From assembly GCA_963666855.2 (NCBI GenBank), contig CAXXTG010000171.1, forward strand, positions 3,943 to 67,942: DNA of 64,000 nt, read 5' to 3'. This document shows positions 20,195 to 29,975 of the stretch, piece by piece (positions within the stretch are counted from its first letter, which is position 1; each line of letters begins with the position of its first letter). The stretch is from Vicinamibacterales bacterium (GTDB lineage Bacteria; Acidobacteriota; Vicinamibacteria; Vicinamibacterales; UBA8438). A program made the translations under genes and the position numbers. The notes beneath the pieces are model-generated. The model was not told the origin of the DNA and did not search any database. It saw nothing but the letters and a program-made list of their open reading frames with translations.

Positions 20195-23100
20195 TTGAGT
20201 TATGCTGGCCTCACCGTGGCATCGGCGCGAGGACGGCAGACCCGGCGCCCCCCCGTCTCCGGCTGGTCCCGCCTGCTCGGCGGCGGCGCCTTCGCGGTCC
20301 TCGCCGTCCTGCTGCTGGGCGGCCTCCTCGACCGGGTTCTGATCGGCTCCGACGAGGCCGCGACCGCCCGCGCCGCCCGCGAAATCACGACGCGGTTCGC
20401 CGGGGTCGACTCGGCCTTGACGCGCGTCGCCCGGGGGCTGGCCGCCCGCGCCGAGGTCAGGGAGGGCCTGACCGGCGATCCCCCGGCGGTCCGGAGAGTG
20501 TTCGACATCCTGCGGACGGCGGACGGCGACCGGGCCGTCTCCGATCTCGCGATCACCGTCTACGACGCGCGTTCGATGCCGCGCGCATGGCACGGCCGCC
20601 CCGGCGAACCGAGCCCCGAACGGCTCCAGTCCGCCCCCGCCGGCTTCGCCGCGGTCGGACCCGCGGGGCTCCGCCTCGTCCACGTCGAGCCGATAGTCGA
20701 GGAACCCGCCGACGCCGGCGCGCGGGAGCGGCGGCTCGGCACCGTGGTCGTCGAGCGCGTCATCTCTTCGACCGCCGCGGCCGGGATTCCCGACCCCGGA
20801 TTCGTGGTCCGGACCTCGGTCGGCCGCGTCGTCCTCCGGCCCGGCGGCACGGGCGCCGGCGCCGGCGACGCCCCCCGCGTGCACCGCTTCGACGTCGCGG
20901 GGACGGACGGGGCGGTGCGCCTGAGCGCCTCCATCGGTCTCGACGAGATCGACGGCGTGCGCGCCCGTTGGCGTCGGCGCGTGGCCGCCCTCTTCCTCGT
21001 GGTGCTGGCGGGAATCGTCCTCGCGGCCGGAGCCCGCGTCCTGGCGGAACGGACCCGGCGCGGCCACCTGCGGCCGTCGGCGATCGCGGGCGCCGCGGCG
21101 CTGGCCGGCGGAGGCTGCGTGTGGCTGGCCGCTTCGCCCGGCCTGTTCGCGTGGTCCGTGCTGTCGCCGGCCGCGTACCGCTCGATGCTCGCGCCGCACG
21201 TCCTGCGCACGGCCGCGGACCTCCTGCTCGCGACCGCCGTGGGCGCGGCGCTGGTGGTGCTCGCCGGCGAGACCGCCCAACGCCGGCAGTGGTTCCGGGC
21301 GGCCCGGCGATCGGCGGCCGGGGCCGGACGCCGGCTGACCCTGCCGGGAACGATCCTCGCCATGGCCGCGCTGCTCGGCCTCCATCACGGGCTGCTGCGG
21401 GACACCGTGGCCGGGGCGTCGATGGACCTGCTGCACACGTCGCTGCTGCCGCTCGATTCGGCCCGCACCTCCCTCCAGCTCGCCCTCGTGCTCGCCAGCG
21501 CGTGGACGGTCTGGGCCATCGCGATCCTGATGGGCATCGCCCTGGCCCGGTGGCCGCCGCGGCCGCCCGCATTCCGCCTCCAGCGCCTGGCGATGTCCGT
21601 CGTGATCCCCGGCACCCTCGCCGCCCTCGCCGGGTGGGCCCCCCTCACCCCGTCGCTGCTCCTGTGCCTGCTCGGAAGCGCCCTCGCCTTCCGCGGACAG
21701 CGGCTGCTGCACCGGTTCCGCCGCACCGACCCCGTGACCCGGCTGCTGGCGACCCTGTGCGCCCTCCTGGCGCCGGTCCTGCCGTTGTATCTCTCGCTGG
21801 CGTCCACGACCGACGAGGCGAGGCGGAACCTCATCGCGAACAACTACGCGGTTCGGGCCGCCGAGCATCCGCAGGACCTCCACCGCCAGCTCGAACGCGC
21901 CATCGAGGAGATCGACGCCGAGCTCCGGGCGCGGCCGCCCCTGCGGGCCCTGGCTTCGCCGCCCAACCGCACGGATATCGACGCGGCGTTCCGCATCTGG
22001 AGCCGAACCGCCCTCTCGGCGTCGCGGCTGACCTCGGCCGTCGAGCTGTTCGGCGCGGACGGCGAGCTTCGGAGCCGGTTCGCCCTGAACATCCCCGACG
22101 CGGTCACGGCGCCCCGCATGACCGACCCCGGGTGCGAATGGGAGGTCTTCGGCGAGGTGGCCCCGTTCGGGGCCGAGGAGCGCAGGATGCTCCACGCGGA
22201 ACGCGGGTTCTGCGATGCCGACGGCGGGACGCACATTCCCGCGGGCGGGGTCGTCGTTCACGTCACCCAGGTCGACTACGAGTCGCTGCCCTTCATCGCC
22301 TCGCGCAGCCCCTACGTCGAGCCGTCGGAGCCGGCCCGCGGCCCGCCGGCCCCGGGGGCGCCGGGCCACGAGGTCGAGCTCGTTCTGTACGGCTGGGGCC
22401 GCCAGCCCGCGTTCCTGTCGGACCGGAGCGCGTGGCCGATCGACGACGCCCTGTTCCAGCGGATCTACGCGTCGCGCGACCCGTTCTGGACCCGGCTCGT
22501 CAAAGACTCGCGCCTCTACGAGGTGTTCATCGCGAACACCCGCGCCGGCATCCACGCGATCGGCTATCCGGCCCTCACCGCGTTCGATCACCTGCTCCAC
22601 CTGTCGGAGATCGCCCTCCTGGTGATCGCCGCCTGCGGCTTAGCGCCGGCGGCCGCGGTCCTCGCGGCCCTGGTCTTTCCCGGGCTCCGGCGGCGGCTGC
22701 CGTACCGGGAGGTGCGGACGCGGTTCGCCCTCAAGCTGCAGATCTGGTTCGTGGGGGCGGCGACCGCCCCGGTGGTGGTGGTGGCGGTGCTGATTCAGGG
22801 ATACCTGGCGGACCAGCTTCGGGCGGATGTCGAGGCCGGCGCGGTACGGGCGGCCGCGGTCGCGAGAAGCGTCATCGAGGAATCGGTCGCCGTGCCGTCG
22901 CCCGACGGGCAGATCATCACCCGGTTCACCGACGACATCCTCGTACGCATCGGTCAAGTGATCGGGCAGGACGTCAACGTCTTCGACGGCCCGCGGCTCG
23001 TCGCGACGAGCACCCGCGACCTCTATGCCTCCGGCGTGCTGCCGACGCGCACCCCGGACAGGGTCTACCGCGCCATCGCCCTCGACCGGCTGCCGAGCTT

Positions 23101-24235
23101 CGTCGGCGAAGACGCGGCCGGCTCCCTCCGGTATCAGCTCGCGGCGGCCCCGGTCCGGGTGGGGGGGCGCGAGGTGATCGTGACGGTGCCGCTGGCCTCG
23201 AGGCAGCGCGAGATCGAGGGGCGGATCGACGAGCTCAACCGGCGCGTGCTCGGGTCCGCCCTCTTCTTCGCCGCCGTCGTCGGATTCATCGGCTGGGCCA
23301 TCGCGCGGAGCATCGCCAACCCCGTCAAGCGGCTCACCCGCGCCACCAGCCGCGTCGCCCGCGGCGAGTTCGCCCCCCTCGTCTCCGGCCTCCAGGCGGA
23401 CCGCATCGAGAGACGGGTGGCGGCCCGCTCGGCGGACGAGCTCGTCGTGCTCGAGGCCGACTTCAACCGGATGGCGGTCGAACTCGACGCGCAACGGCGC
23501 CAGCTCGAGCGCACCCACCGTCTCGAAGCGTGGACGGAGATGGCCCGTCAGGTCGCCCACGAGATCAAGAACCCCCTCACGCCGGTCCAGCTCAGCGCCG
23601 AGCACCTGCTGCGCGTCCACGCCGATCGCGGATCGCCGCTCACCCCGGTGCTGCAGGGCTGCGTCGATTCGATCCTGAAGCAGGTGCGGATTCTGCGCCA
23701 GATCGCCTCCGAGTTCTCGAGCTACGCCTCGTCGCCGGTGGCCAAACCCGCCCCGACGGATCTCGCGGCCCTCGTGAACGACGTCATGGCGCCCTACCGG
23801 CCCGGCCTCGAGGGCCGGATCACGCTGTCGGCGGACCTGCCGCCCGATCTGCCGCGGTTGCCGCTCGACCCCGTGCTGATACAGCGGGCCATCACCAACA
23901 TCATCGAGAACGCCCTCCATGCGATGCCCGACGCGGGGACCCTCGCCATCGGCATCGCGCGGGACGCGGGCCGGGTGCGGCTGATCATCCGGGACACCGG
24001 CGTCGGGCTCGAGCCCGACGTGCTCGCCCGCATCTTCGAGCCGTACTTCTCGACGCGGATTACCGGCACCGGGCTCGGCATGGCGATCGCGAAGCGCAAC
24101 GTGGAGTTGAACGACGGGACCATCGGCGTGGCCAGCGAGCGGGGCCGCGGCACCGCCGTGACCATCACGCTGCCGGCCCCGGAGGCCGCCGCCGCGCCGG
24201 ATGCGGCTCCCGGGGCGCCGCGGCCGGCGGGGTGA
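20195..24235 (+). CDS. Large multi-pass sensor histidine kinase (NtrY-like HAMP-HisKA-HATPase C-terminus)
   Basis: 1346 aa. Two large extracytoplasmic-looking blocks are separated by about 8 TM helices. HAMP (NPVKRLTRATSRVARGEF), H-box HEIKNPLTPVQLSAEHL, N-box ENALHAM, G-boxes RDTGVG / GTGLGMAIAK. The TTG start at 20195 is uncertain. Confidence 0.85.
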   Translation: MSYAGLTVASARGRQTRRPPVSGWSRLLGGGAFAVLAVLLLGGLLDRVLIGSDEAATARAAREITTRFAGVDSALTRVARGLAARAEVREGLTGDPPAVRRVFDILRTADGDRAVSDLAITVYDARSMPRAWHGRPGEPSPERLQSAPAGFAAVGPAGLRLVHVEPIVEEPADAGARERRLGTVVVERVISSTAAAGIPDPGFVVRTSVGRVVLRPGGTGAGAGDAPRVHRFDVAGTDGAVRLSASIGLDEIDGVRARWRRRVAALFLVVLAGIVLAAGARVLAERTRRGHLRPSAIAGAAALAGGGCVWLAASPGLFAWSVLSPAAYRSMLAPHVLRTAADLLLATAVGAALVVLAGETAQRRQWFRAARRSAAGAGRRLTLPGTILAMAALLGLHHGLLRDTVAGASMDLLHTSLLPLDSARTSLQLALVLASAWTVWAIAILMGIALARWPPRPPAFRLQRLAMSVVIPGTLAALAGWAPLTPSLLLCLLGSALAFRGQRLLHRFRRTDPVTRLLATLCALLAPVLPLYLSLASTTDEARRNLIANNYAVRAAEHPQDLHRQLERAIEEIDAELRARPPLRALASPPNRTDIDAAFRIWSRTALSASRLTSAVELFGADGELRSRFALNIPDAVTAPRMTDPGCEWEVFGEVAPFGAEERRMLHAERGFCDADGGTHIPAGGVVVHVTQVDYESLPFIASRSPYVEPSEPARGPPAPGAPGHEVELVLYGWGRQPAFLSDRSAWPIDDALFQRIYASRDPFWTRLVKDSRLYEVFIANTRAGIHAIGYPALTAFDHLLHLSEIALLVIAACGLAPAAAVLAALVFPGLRRRLPYREVRTRFALKLQIWFVGAATAPVVVVAVLIQGYLADQLRADVEAGAVRAAAVARSVIEESVAVPSPDGQIITRFTDDILVRIGQVIGQDVNVFDGPRLVATSTRDLYASGVLPTRTPDRVYRAIALDRLPSFVGEDAAGSLRYQLAAAPVRVGGREVIVTVPLASRQREIEGRIDELNRRVLGSALFFAAVVGFIGWAIARSIANPVKRLTRATSRVARGEFAPLVSGLQADRIERRVAARSADELVVLEADFNRMAVELDAQRRQLERTHRLEAWTEMARQVAHEIKNPLTPVQLSAEHLLRVHADRGSPLTPVLQGCVDSILKQVRILRQIASEFSSYASSPVAKPAPTDLAALVNDVMAPYRPGLEGRITLSADLPPDLPRLPLDPVLIQRAITNIIENALHAMPDAGTLAIGIARDAGRVRLIIRDTGVGLEPDVLARIFEPYFSTRITGTGLGMAIAKRNVELNDGTIGVASERGRGTAVTITLPAPEAAAAPDAAPGAPRPAG

Positions 24236-24260
24236 AGGGGCGCCGCGGCCGGCGCGGCGC

Positions 24261-25064
24261 TCAACCGGTGCTTGCGGTCTTCAGGTCGGCGGCGTCGCGG
24301 GTCTGGTCTTCCTGCCGGCCCGACCGGTGCGCGCGGCCCACCACGTAGCCGATCGGGCCGGAAACCAGATAGGCGTACGCCATCAGGAACAGGACGAGCT
24401 GGGGCTGGACGGCGATGGCCGCGACGAGTATCGCGAACTGCAGCAGGCCGACCGAAGAGCGGCGCGGCTGCACGATGAGGGCTCCGAAGCTGCGGAAGCG
24501 GATCCGGCTGACCATCAGGAGGGCGGGCACCAGCACCACGACCAGGGCGACGGCCGGCGCCTGCGCGATCCCCAGGCCCCCGGGCCACGCGAAGACCGTC
24601 GCGGCGAGGACGCCGCCCGCGGCGGGGCTCGGCATCCCCGCGAAGTACCGCTTGTCGGGGCTGTTGGGCTGAACGTTGAAACGGGCGAGGCGGAGCGCGG
24701 TCGCGGTCACGTAGAGGAAGCCCACCGCCCACCCCAGGCGGCCGAGCGGCTCGAGCCCCCACGCGAACACGAGCACCGCCGGCGCGACCCCGAACGAGAT
24801 CACGTCGGCCAGCGAGTCGAACTCGCCCCCGAACTCGCTCTCCGCCCCGGCCAGCCGCGCGATGCGGCCGTCGAGCACGTCGAGCACCGTCGCGACCCCG
24901 ACGAACACGGCGGCGGTCGCGTAGTCGCCCCGCATCGCGTAGACGATGCAGGCGTAGCCGCAGAACAGGTTGCCGACCGTGAACATGCTCGGCAGCAGGT
25001 ACACGCCGCGCCGGAACCGTTGCGTCGGCCGCTTGTTGCGTAGCGCCGCGAGCACTCTCGGCAT
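24261..25064 (-). CDS. pssA: CDP-diacylglycerol--serine O-phosphatidyltransferase
   Basis: CDP-alcohol phosphatidyltransferase motif DVLDGRIARLAGAESEFGGEFDSLADVIS; multi-TM; 267 aa from ATG 25064. Confidence 0.9.
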   Translation of the reverse strand: MPRVLAALRNKRPTQRFRRGVYLLPSMFTVGNLFCGYACIVYAMRGDYATAAVFVGVATVLDVLDGRIARLAGAESEFGGEFDSLADVISFGVAPAVLVFAWGLEPLGRLGWAVGFLYVTATALRLARFNVQPNSPDKRYFAGMPSPAAGGVLAATVFAWPGGLGIAQAPAVALVVVLVPALLMVSRIRFRSFGALIVQPRRSSVGLLQFAILVAAIAVQPQLVLFLMAYAYLVSGPIGYVVGRAHRSGRQEDQTRDAADLKTASTG

Positions 25065-25093
25065 GATGACGCTCCGCCCGCCGGCGCGGGCGG

Positions 25094-25774
25094 CTAATCG
25101 AACTGGGGATTTACGACGCGCGAATCCCGTTCTCTTCCGCCGGGGTTCCGAAAACGGGCCACCACCGTCTCGCCTCCGCGCACGCGATCGCCCCGCGCCA
25201 CGACGAGGGCGGCGTCGGGGGGCAGGAAGACATCCATCCGCGAACCGAACTTCATGATACCGAAACGCTGGCCGGTCGTGACCTCGGTCCCCGGCGCCAC
25301 CCGGCAGACGACGCGCCGCGCGAGCGCGCCGACCACCTGCCGGAACACGATCGTGCGCCCGCCGCGGTCCTCCAGCCAGACCTCGGACCGTTCGTTGCGC
25401 GCCCCGGCGCCCGGACGGTACGCGGGCAGGAACGCGCCGGGAACGCGGTCGACCCGCGTGATGCGCCCCGCGACCGGCACGCGGTTCACGTGCACGTCGA
25501 GGGGGGACAGGAAGATGCTGACCTGCTGCCACGTCCCGGGCGGCGCGCCGTCCGGCTCCGCCGCTCCCGCGACCAGGACCCGCCCGTCGGCCGGGGAGAC
25601 GACCGCGTCCGCGTCGGACGGCGGTTCGCGGGCGGGGTCGCGGAAGAACAGGGCGACGAGGAATCCGGGCACGCTCAGGAGGAGGCCGGGCAGCGGCAGC
25701 CCGGCGGCCACGCAGACCGCCGACGGCACGAAGGCCAGGGCGATGAACGGCGCTCCCGCCCGGTCGATGGACAT
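25094..25774 (-). CDS. psd: Phosphatidylserine decarboxylase family protein (small Asd-type proenzyme)
   Basis: N-terminal TM segments and a self-cleavage-type motif GIMKFGSRMDVFLP. It is adjacent to pssA. Confidence 0.88.
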   Translation of the reverse strand: MSIDRAGAPFIALAFVPSAVCVAAGLPLPGLLLSVPGFLVALFFRDPAREPPSDADAVVSPADGRVLVAGAAEPDGAPPGTWQQVSIFLSPLDVHVNRVPVAGRITRVDRVPGAFLPAYRPGAGARNERSEVWLEDRGGRTIVFRQVVGALARRVVCRVAPGTEVTTGQRFGIMKFGSRMDVFLPPDAALVVARGDRVRGGETVVARFRNPGGRERDSRVVNPQFD

Positions 25775-25798
25775 GGGTGCTGAGCCCTGGCGGGAGCG

Positions 25799-26032
25799 TC
25801 AGACCGTCTGGGGATCCGCGTGGCGGCGCAGGATGTCGTGCATCCGGTCCTTCAGCCGCAGCTTCCGCTTCTTCAGGTTGGCCGCTTCGATCCGTTCGGG
25901 CTGTGACAGATATTCCAGGCGGGACAACTCGTGAAGGCGGGCATCGAGCTCCTGATGCTGTTCCGCGAGCCGGCGGAACCCGCTGTCGGTCTGGAGAAGG
26001 TGCTCTCTCAACTGCTGCGAGTCCTGTGCCAT
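25799..26032 (-). CDS. DUF465 (YdcH-like) small coiled-coil protein
   Basis: 77 aa containing FRRLAEQHQELDARLHELSRLEYLSQPERIEAANLKKRKLRLKDRM. AGGAGG RBS. Confidence 0.8.
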   Translation of the reverse strand: MAQDSQQLREHLLQTDSGFRRLAEQHQELDARLHELSRLEYLSQPERIEAANLKKRKLRLKDRMHDILRRHADPQTV

Positions 26033-26081
26033 GCCACCTCCTGGAAGCGCGGTACGAGGGCGGGACGCGCGCCCGGATTCG

Positions 26082-26110
26082 ATCGTAACGGGAACGGGAA
26101 ACTACCGCAA
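26082..26110 (-). promoter_or_regulatory. Candidate sigma-70 promoter for the DUF465-psd-pssA unit
   Basis: On the minus strand: TTGCGG (26110-26105), 17 nt, TACGAT (26087-26082), about 50 nt upstream of ATG 26032. Confidence 0.3.
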
Positions 26111-26245
26111 GTCGGGTTCCCCGGTATAGGCGCGGGAGGCGCCGGGGGCCGCCGGCGGGGCCGTCCCCCGTCGGGCGCGGGTGCGCGACGAAGGGGCTTC
26201 GCGACGGCCGGGCGGGCCTCCGCCCGCTGGACCCGCCCCCGGGAT

Positions 26246-27025
26246 TCAAGCGCCATCGGCCCGCCGGCGCCGTTCGCGGGCGAGCTCGGCGTCGGGCCGG
26301 CGTACGTACACGGGCCGGAGGGCGTGGGGCGCTCCCGCGCGGCCGCGCCAGGGCGCCTGGACGGCCATCGCGGCCATCGCCGCGGCCAGCGTCGGAATGT
26401 CGTCGAGAAACCGCGAACCGGGGCCCAGCCGCGCGTCGAGGAGCGGCCGGCTGGCCGCGGCGCCGTCCCCCGCGACCCAGGCCGAGCGGCCGCGCAGCCG
26501 GGGGGCCCAGCCGTCCAGCACCGCGGCCGGAACCGCCGAGACGGGGGCCTCGGCGACGCGCCAGCCGGCGCCGGCCGCCGCTTCCGCCGCCCCGGTCCCG
26601 GCGGGCGGCGGCGCGTCCGGGTCGGGCTCGTAGAGCGCGCTGAACACCTCGCCGCGCTTCGCGTCCACCCAGGGGAGGATGAGGTCGGGGGCGGCGCCCG
26701 CGCCCGCCGCCCGCGCCGCGATGTCCACCAGGACGTCCAGGACCGGCATCCCGACCACCGGGCGGCCGTGCGCGAGGGCGAGCCCCTGGACCGTCGCGAC
26801 GCCCACGCGCAGTCCCGTGAACGATCCCGGCCCGAGGGCCACGGCGTACCGGTCGACGTCGGCCGTCGTCATCCCCCGCCGCCCGAGCAGGTCGCGGAGG
26901 GCCCCCGGCAGCCGCGCGCCGTGGGTCGAGCCCGCGTCGCCGGACGCCTCCTCGATCAGGCGCCCGTCCCGCGCCAGGGCGAAGCCGCCCCGGTTCGTCG
27001 TCGTGTCGACGGCCAGCGTGAGCAA
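26246..27025 (-). CDS. tsaB: tRNA threonylcarbamoyladenosine biosynthesis protein TsaB
   Basis: [11 protein letters not shown]...[19 protein letters not shown] (YeaZ/TsaB). A TTG start at 27025 is proposed, 7 nt downstream of GGGAGGGA. The rest of ORF 26246..29008 is an antisense shadow of mutS. Confidence 0.85.
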   Translation of the reverse strand: MLTLAVDTTTNRGGFALARDGRLIEEASGDAGSTHGARLPGALRDLLGRRGMTTADVDRYAVALGPGSFTGLRVGVATVQGLALAHGRPVVGMPVLDVLVDIAARAAGAGAAPDLILPWVDAKRGEVFSALYEPDPDAPPPAGTGAAEAAAGAGWRVAEAPVSAVPAAVLDGWAPRLRGRSAWVAGDGAAASRPLLDARLGPGSRFLDDIPTLAAAMAAMAVQAPWRGRAGAPHALRPVYVRRPDAELARERRRRADGA

Positions 27026-27148
27026 TATCCGGTCCCTCCCGACGCCTTGACGGTTATACGCGCGCTCCCTATACTCGCATGATCCACCGGCCGCCGCATC
27101 CCCGCCATCCGGCGGCGTCCGAGGCCGCCGGTTCCTCCGATTGGCCCC

Positions 27149-29826
27149 GTGACCCCCTCCACTCCGGACAGCGCCGCCGCCGTGCGGGCCCCGACGCCCG
27201 CCATGCGCCAGTACCTCGACGCGAAGCGGCAGCACCGCGACGCGATCGTCTTCTTCCGGATGGGCGATTTCTACGAGGTGTTCTACGAGGACGCGGTGAC
27301 GGCGGCGCGGGCCCTCGACCTCGCCCTGACCTCCCGGTCGAAGGACGCGGCCGGCGGCAAGATCCCGATGTGCGGCGTGCCCCACAAGGCCGTCGACACC
27401 TATCTGACGCGCCTCGTGCAGAAGGGGTTCCGGGTCGCCATCTGCGAACAGGTCGAGGACCCCAGGAAGGCCCGGGGGGTCGTGAAGCGCGAGGTCGTGC
27501 GGGTCGTGTCCCCGGGCACGTTCACCGACACCGCCTACCTCGACGATCGGGAGCCGGCGTTCCTGATGGGCATCGCGGTCCTCCCCGCCGGGGCCGCCCG
27601 GGGTCGGGATCGCTACGGCATGGCCCTGATCGACGTCTCGACCGGCGCCTTCATGGCGGCGGAGTACGCCGGCGACGCCGGGCGCCGGACCCTCGCCGAC
27701 GACGTCGCGCTGCTGCAGCCGCGCGAGGTGGTGGCGCCGCGGGACCGCGACGTCGCCCCCCTGCTGCCCGACCCCGGCCCCCCGGCCGTCACGCCCCTCG
27801 ACCCGTGGGCCTTCGAGGTCCACCGAGCCCGCGAGGCGCTGACGGGTCAGTTCGGGACGGCCGGTCTCGACGGCTTCGGGCTGCGGGACCGTCCCGCCGC
27901 GGTCGCCGCCGCGGGGGCCCTCGTGCACTACCTGGGCGAAACGCAGCGGGGCCGCCTGTCCCACGTCCGCGGCATCGCGTTCCGCGAGAGCGCGGACGCG
28001 CTCGTCATCGACCCGGGCACCCTCGGGCACCTCGAGGTGGTCCGGTCGGCCGAGGGGGGCCGGTCGGGCTCGCTGCTCGGCGAGCTCGACCATACCGTGA
28101 CGGTGATGGGGAGCCGCCTGCTGCGGAGCTGGCTGCTGCGCCCCCTCGCGAGTCTCGAACGGGTCCGGAACCGCCTCGACGCGGTCGAGGAGCTCGCGTT
28201 CCGCTCGACCGAGCGGGCGAAGCTCCGGGAGGCGCTGAAGCCCGTGCAGGACATCGAGCGCCTGGTCGCCCGGGCCGCGATGGGGACGGCCGGTCCGCGG
28301 GACCTGCTGGCGCTGCAGCGCTCGCTCGCCGCCGTCCCCCGGCTCAAGGCGATCCTGCAGGCGTTCGACGCGCCCCTGACGGGCAGCCTCGCGGCCGAGC
28401 TCGACGAGGTGCCGGCGGTGCGGGACGCCATCGAGGCGACCGTCGGCGAATCGCCCCCCGCCCTCGCCCGCGACGGCGGGGTCATCCGCGACGGCGTGGA
28501 CGCGCGGCTCGACGAGCTGCGCGCGATCAGCCGGGGGGGCAAGGACCGGATCGCCGCGATGGAGGCGGACGAGCGCGCCCGCACCGGCATCGCGTCGCTG
28601 AAGATCCGGTTCAACCGGGTGTTCGGCTACTACATCGAGGTCTCCAAGCCCAACCTGCACGCGGTCCCCGACGACTACCACCGGAAGCAGACGATCGCCG
28701 GGGGCGAGCGCTTCGTCACCCCCGCCCTCAAGGACTACGAGCACAAGGTGCTGGGGGCGGACGAGCAGATCCTCGAGCGCGAGATCGAGCTGTTCGAGAA
28801 GCTGAGGAGCGAGGTCGCGGCGGAGGCCCCGCCCATCCAGGACTCGGCCCGGGCCGCGGCCAGCCTCGACGTCCTGGCCGGGCTCGCCGAGGCGGCGGCC
28901 GTCAACGACTACATCAAGCCGCACGTCCACGACGGGGACGAGCTGGTCGATCACGGAGGGCCGCCATCCCGTCGTCGAACGGCACGCCGGGCACGCCTTC
29001 GTGCCCAACGACGTCGACCCTCGACGGGTCCACGCACCAGGTGATCATCCTGACCGGCCCGAACATGGGCGGCAAGTCGACCTATCTGCGGCAGACGGCG
29101 CTGATCGTGCTGCTCGCGCACGTCGGCTCGTTCGTGCCCGCCAAGGCCGCCAAGGTGCCGATGACCGACCGCATCTTCGCCCGCGTCGGGGCCTCCGACA
29201 ACATCGCCCGCGGGCAGTCGACGTTCATGGTGGAGATGCAGGAGACCGCGAACATCCTGCATCAGGCGACGTCCCGCAGCCTCGTGCTGCTGGACGAGAT
29301 CGGCCGGGGCACGGCGACCTACGACGGGCTGAGCATCGCCTGGGCGGTGGCCGAGCACCTCGCCACCGACCCGGCGGCGCGGCCGAGGACCCTGTTCGCC
29401 ACCCACTACCACGAGCTGACCGAGATCGCCGACGTCCTGCCGGCGGTGGCGAACTACCACGTGGTCGCCCGCGAGTGGGAGGACGAGATCCACTTCCTGC
29501 GGAAGGTCGAGCCGGGGCGCTCCGACCACAGCTACGGCATCCAGGTCGCCCGCCTCGCGGGCCTGCCCGCGCGGACCGTCGCGCGCGCGAAGGAGCTGCT
29601 GCACGGCCTGGAACGGGACGGGCCGGCGCGCGGCGGGCGGCGCCCCCCGCCCGCCGCCGGGGGCGCCGACGGGCAGACGCAGCTCGCGTTGTTCGCGGAC
29701 CCGCCGACGGAGCCCGCGGTGGTCCGCCGGCTTCGCGGCCTGGAGGTCGACCGCATGACCCCTCTGGAGGCGCTCAACCTGCTGGCGGAGTTCAAGCGGG
29801 AGGCCGACGGGGAGCCGGCGTCGTAG
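27149..29826 (+). pseudogene. mutS: DNA mismatch repair protein MutS, interrupted by two +1 frameshifts as assembled
   Basis: The N-terminal MutS I-IV domains ([27 protein letters not shown]...) run in frame 2 up to about 28957. [20 protein letters not shown] is in frame 0 (28959-29018). The Walker A region onward ([15 protein letters not shown] ... [12 protein letters not shown] ... THYHEL) is in frame 1, to the stop at 29826. Confidence 0.9.
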
Positions 29827-29975
29827 GTTCCCAGGTAGCCGTCAGGCGGCGGGCGGGCGGCCGCCGGCGGGGGTTGCACCGGGGCGGAGCCGTCAGGCGG
29901 CCCTCGGCGGACGAGCGGCGTGCCTCCCCCCGGGGACGCCGGGACGCGCGGCACGGTGGTGGAACGGAGCGTGAC

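Noticed and set aside
18826-24348. Very long alternative-frame and antisense ORFs: 18826..24348 (1840 aa), 56918..61024 (1368 aa), 13189..17067 (1292 aa), 13448..16753, 6010..8637, 548..2683, 2259..4001, 9771..12146, 51044..53731 and others.
   Set aside because: Their translations are Arg/Pro/Gly/Ala low-complexity strings, typical of off-frame reading of roughly 70% GC DNA where stop codons are rare. Each overlaps an ORF with clear family motifs (kinase, ftsK/rnj, dnaE, rpoN/lptB, tolB, recG...).
27070-27081. TATACT-3-ATG at 27070-27081 as a leaderless start for mutS.
   Set aside because: The ATG at 27079 is in a different frame from the MutS N-terminus and gives an Arg/Pro-rich peptide. 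The 3-nt spacing is also too short. The hexamer may still be the mutS -10, with a leader of about 65 nt to GTG 27149.
28940-29025. Programmed ribosomal frameshifting in mutS (and clpB at 45150-45575).
   Set aside because: I know of no precedent for these families. There is no slippery heptamer or stimulatory structure at the sites. Two consecutive +1 events would be needed per gene. Indels in G/C runs, whether real or technical, are the simpler explanation.
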